IMG/VR virus record: IMGVR_UViG_3300012000_000018
Location: 1 to 60,010 of that record
Direction: 5' to 3' (one strand)
Source of the DNA: a virus
Lineage: Duplodnaviria; Caudoviricetes
DNA length: 60,010 nucleotides
Part shown: one piece after another, positions 58,901-60,010 of the stretch
How positions within the stretch are numbered: the stretch's first letter is position 1
How the letters are laid out: each line of letters begins with the position of its first letter
Position numbers and translations under genes: made by a program
The notes under the pieces: model-generated
The model's input: the letters and a program-made list of their open reading frames with translations, nothing else
Databases searched by the model: none
What the model was told of the DNA's origin: nothing

Positions 58901-60010
58901 AAAAACTGGTCTTCTTCCAAATACACGAGCAGACAAACTAGAAGTTGGCGACTTTGTTCGCTGGCGTGGACGTAGTTCTGGTGCTCTTTACGAAGAGATT
59001 ATTGCAATCTACCCACATCCAGATAACAAGAAATGGCTCATCTTTGCTACAAGAGACCCACGCACTGGTACTGAGTATGCACGTCGCTTTGCAAAGGCTT
59101 CACCACTTACAGACCCACGTCGTCCTGGAATTGAAAACCAAGTAGAGCCAGAGATGAATCGTCGTACTGGTGGACCAAAGGAATCTCCTACAAAGCAGAA
59201 GCGTCGTGGTCCAGCAGCAGTTAGCCCACGCCACAAAGAGCGTGTAGTTGTTGATGCTGCTCGTTCACTTAACCCACAGGCTCGTTCTGATGCAGGACTA
59301 TTCCTTTCTCGTGACAAGGTTGCGCTTGAGTCTGGTGATGTAGTTGTTCATACATCTGAAGGTATGCGTATTAAGCATGGAGTTAAGGCTAAAGTTCTTC
59401 GCCGTATTGGTGATAAGAAGGCTGGCGGCTCTAAGCGTGGGGATAATCAGTATCTTGATTATGTTTGGATTGAATACGAAGACCAGCCAGGTATTGAATA
59501 TATGATTCAAGCAAACAACTTGATGCCAGTTGGTCCTAATGGAGAAATCCCTAAGCCAATTCAAGGCCGTGACCCACGAGTTAATGAAGCAGATAAGTAT
59601 TTTGCTCCTGGAACAGAACCTGATTACACAGAGGCTCGTAAAACAACTAAAGGTGTAAAGATTGCTCCAAAGCCTGAAGCACAAGAGCGTCGTCTAAATC
59701 AAGCATTCCCAGAGGAATCAGAAACTGCTCCAGCAGCAGAGACACCTAAGAAGACTAAATTCTCCGATGAGGATAAGAAAGATTGGAAAGATAAAAAAGT
59801 TGAAGAGATTAAGGAAACCTTAATTGCTTCAATCTTGGCAGACCTTGAAAACGGAGTTCTCCCATGGGAGGCAAAGTGGAAGGGAATGCTTGGGTTCTTC
59901 CCATTCAATCCATCAACTCGTAAGCAATACAACGGTATCAACTTGTTCATCTTGAAGTATGCACAGGACCGCAATGGCTACACATCTAACCCCCGGGTGG
60001 GGAAAAAACA
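52917..60010 (+). CDS. Giant polyvalent head-associated protein (DEDDh exonuclease, repeats, ArdC-N-like); single in-frame TAA at 58053; truncated by window end
   Basis: 1712 aa ORF; the same frame reads on past the TAA to the window end. DEDDh motifs FFDYETTG..AHNMVFD..MDTL..AHSADYD at ~57045-57590; ArdC-like ILADLENGVLPW..W...PFNPSTRKQYNGIN at ~59810-59990. Confidence 0.8.

Noticed and set aside
55730-59000. Intein/Hint domains in the giant protein (L.PGD motifs)
   Set aside because: No recognisable intein N-terminal Cys block or C-terminal HN motif; these look like SH3-like repeats

Overview
This window is about 60 kb of a large tailed dsDNA phage. Its host is almost certainly an Actinobacterium: it carries two WhiB genes, DUF3039 and FmdB-type host-like genes, many leaderless sigma-A promoters, and portal and capsid-like proteins resembling those of actinophages. 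1-13.2 kb is mostly leftward: collagen-like fibre, dual-HTH protein, Mom-like DNA modifier, methyltransferase, tRNA-Gly and tRNA-Asn, Hsp20, SAM decarboxylase, WhiB, class II ribonucleotide reductase and a CHAP endolysin. At ~13.9 kb an AT-rich strand switch carries 13-bp iteron-like repeats. 14-17.5 kb holds small genes, a holin-like gene and a putative small terminase. 17.5-46.7 kb is a ~30 kb region of dozens of self-contained cassettes (terminator, conserved boxes, sigma-A promoter, AAAGGGG RBS, 1-4 small genes); it also contains a MoxR-type AAA/vWA pair, an Ntn protease and a transglycosylase module. 47-60 kb is a head module: capsid-like protein, portal, Dps and a giant polyvalent protein with DEDDh exonuclease and ArdC-like domains that runs off the window. 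The most striking unexplained signal is the regulatory grammar of the cassette region: ~28 copies of GTAAAAAGTAAAAA, a partner box ACTTCCAAAYAACTT at fixed spacing, helically phased GACACGCC (WhiA-type) and TGTGA-N6-TCACA (CRP-type) boxes, DnaA boxes, and hairpin RNAs whose loops are complementary to the phage's own RBS. All family assignments are from motif recognition by eye; no database searches were run.
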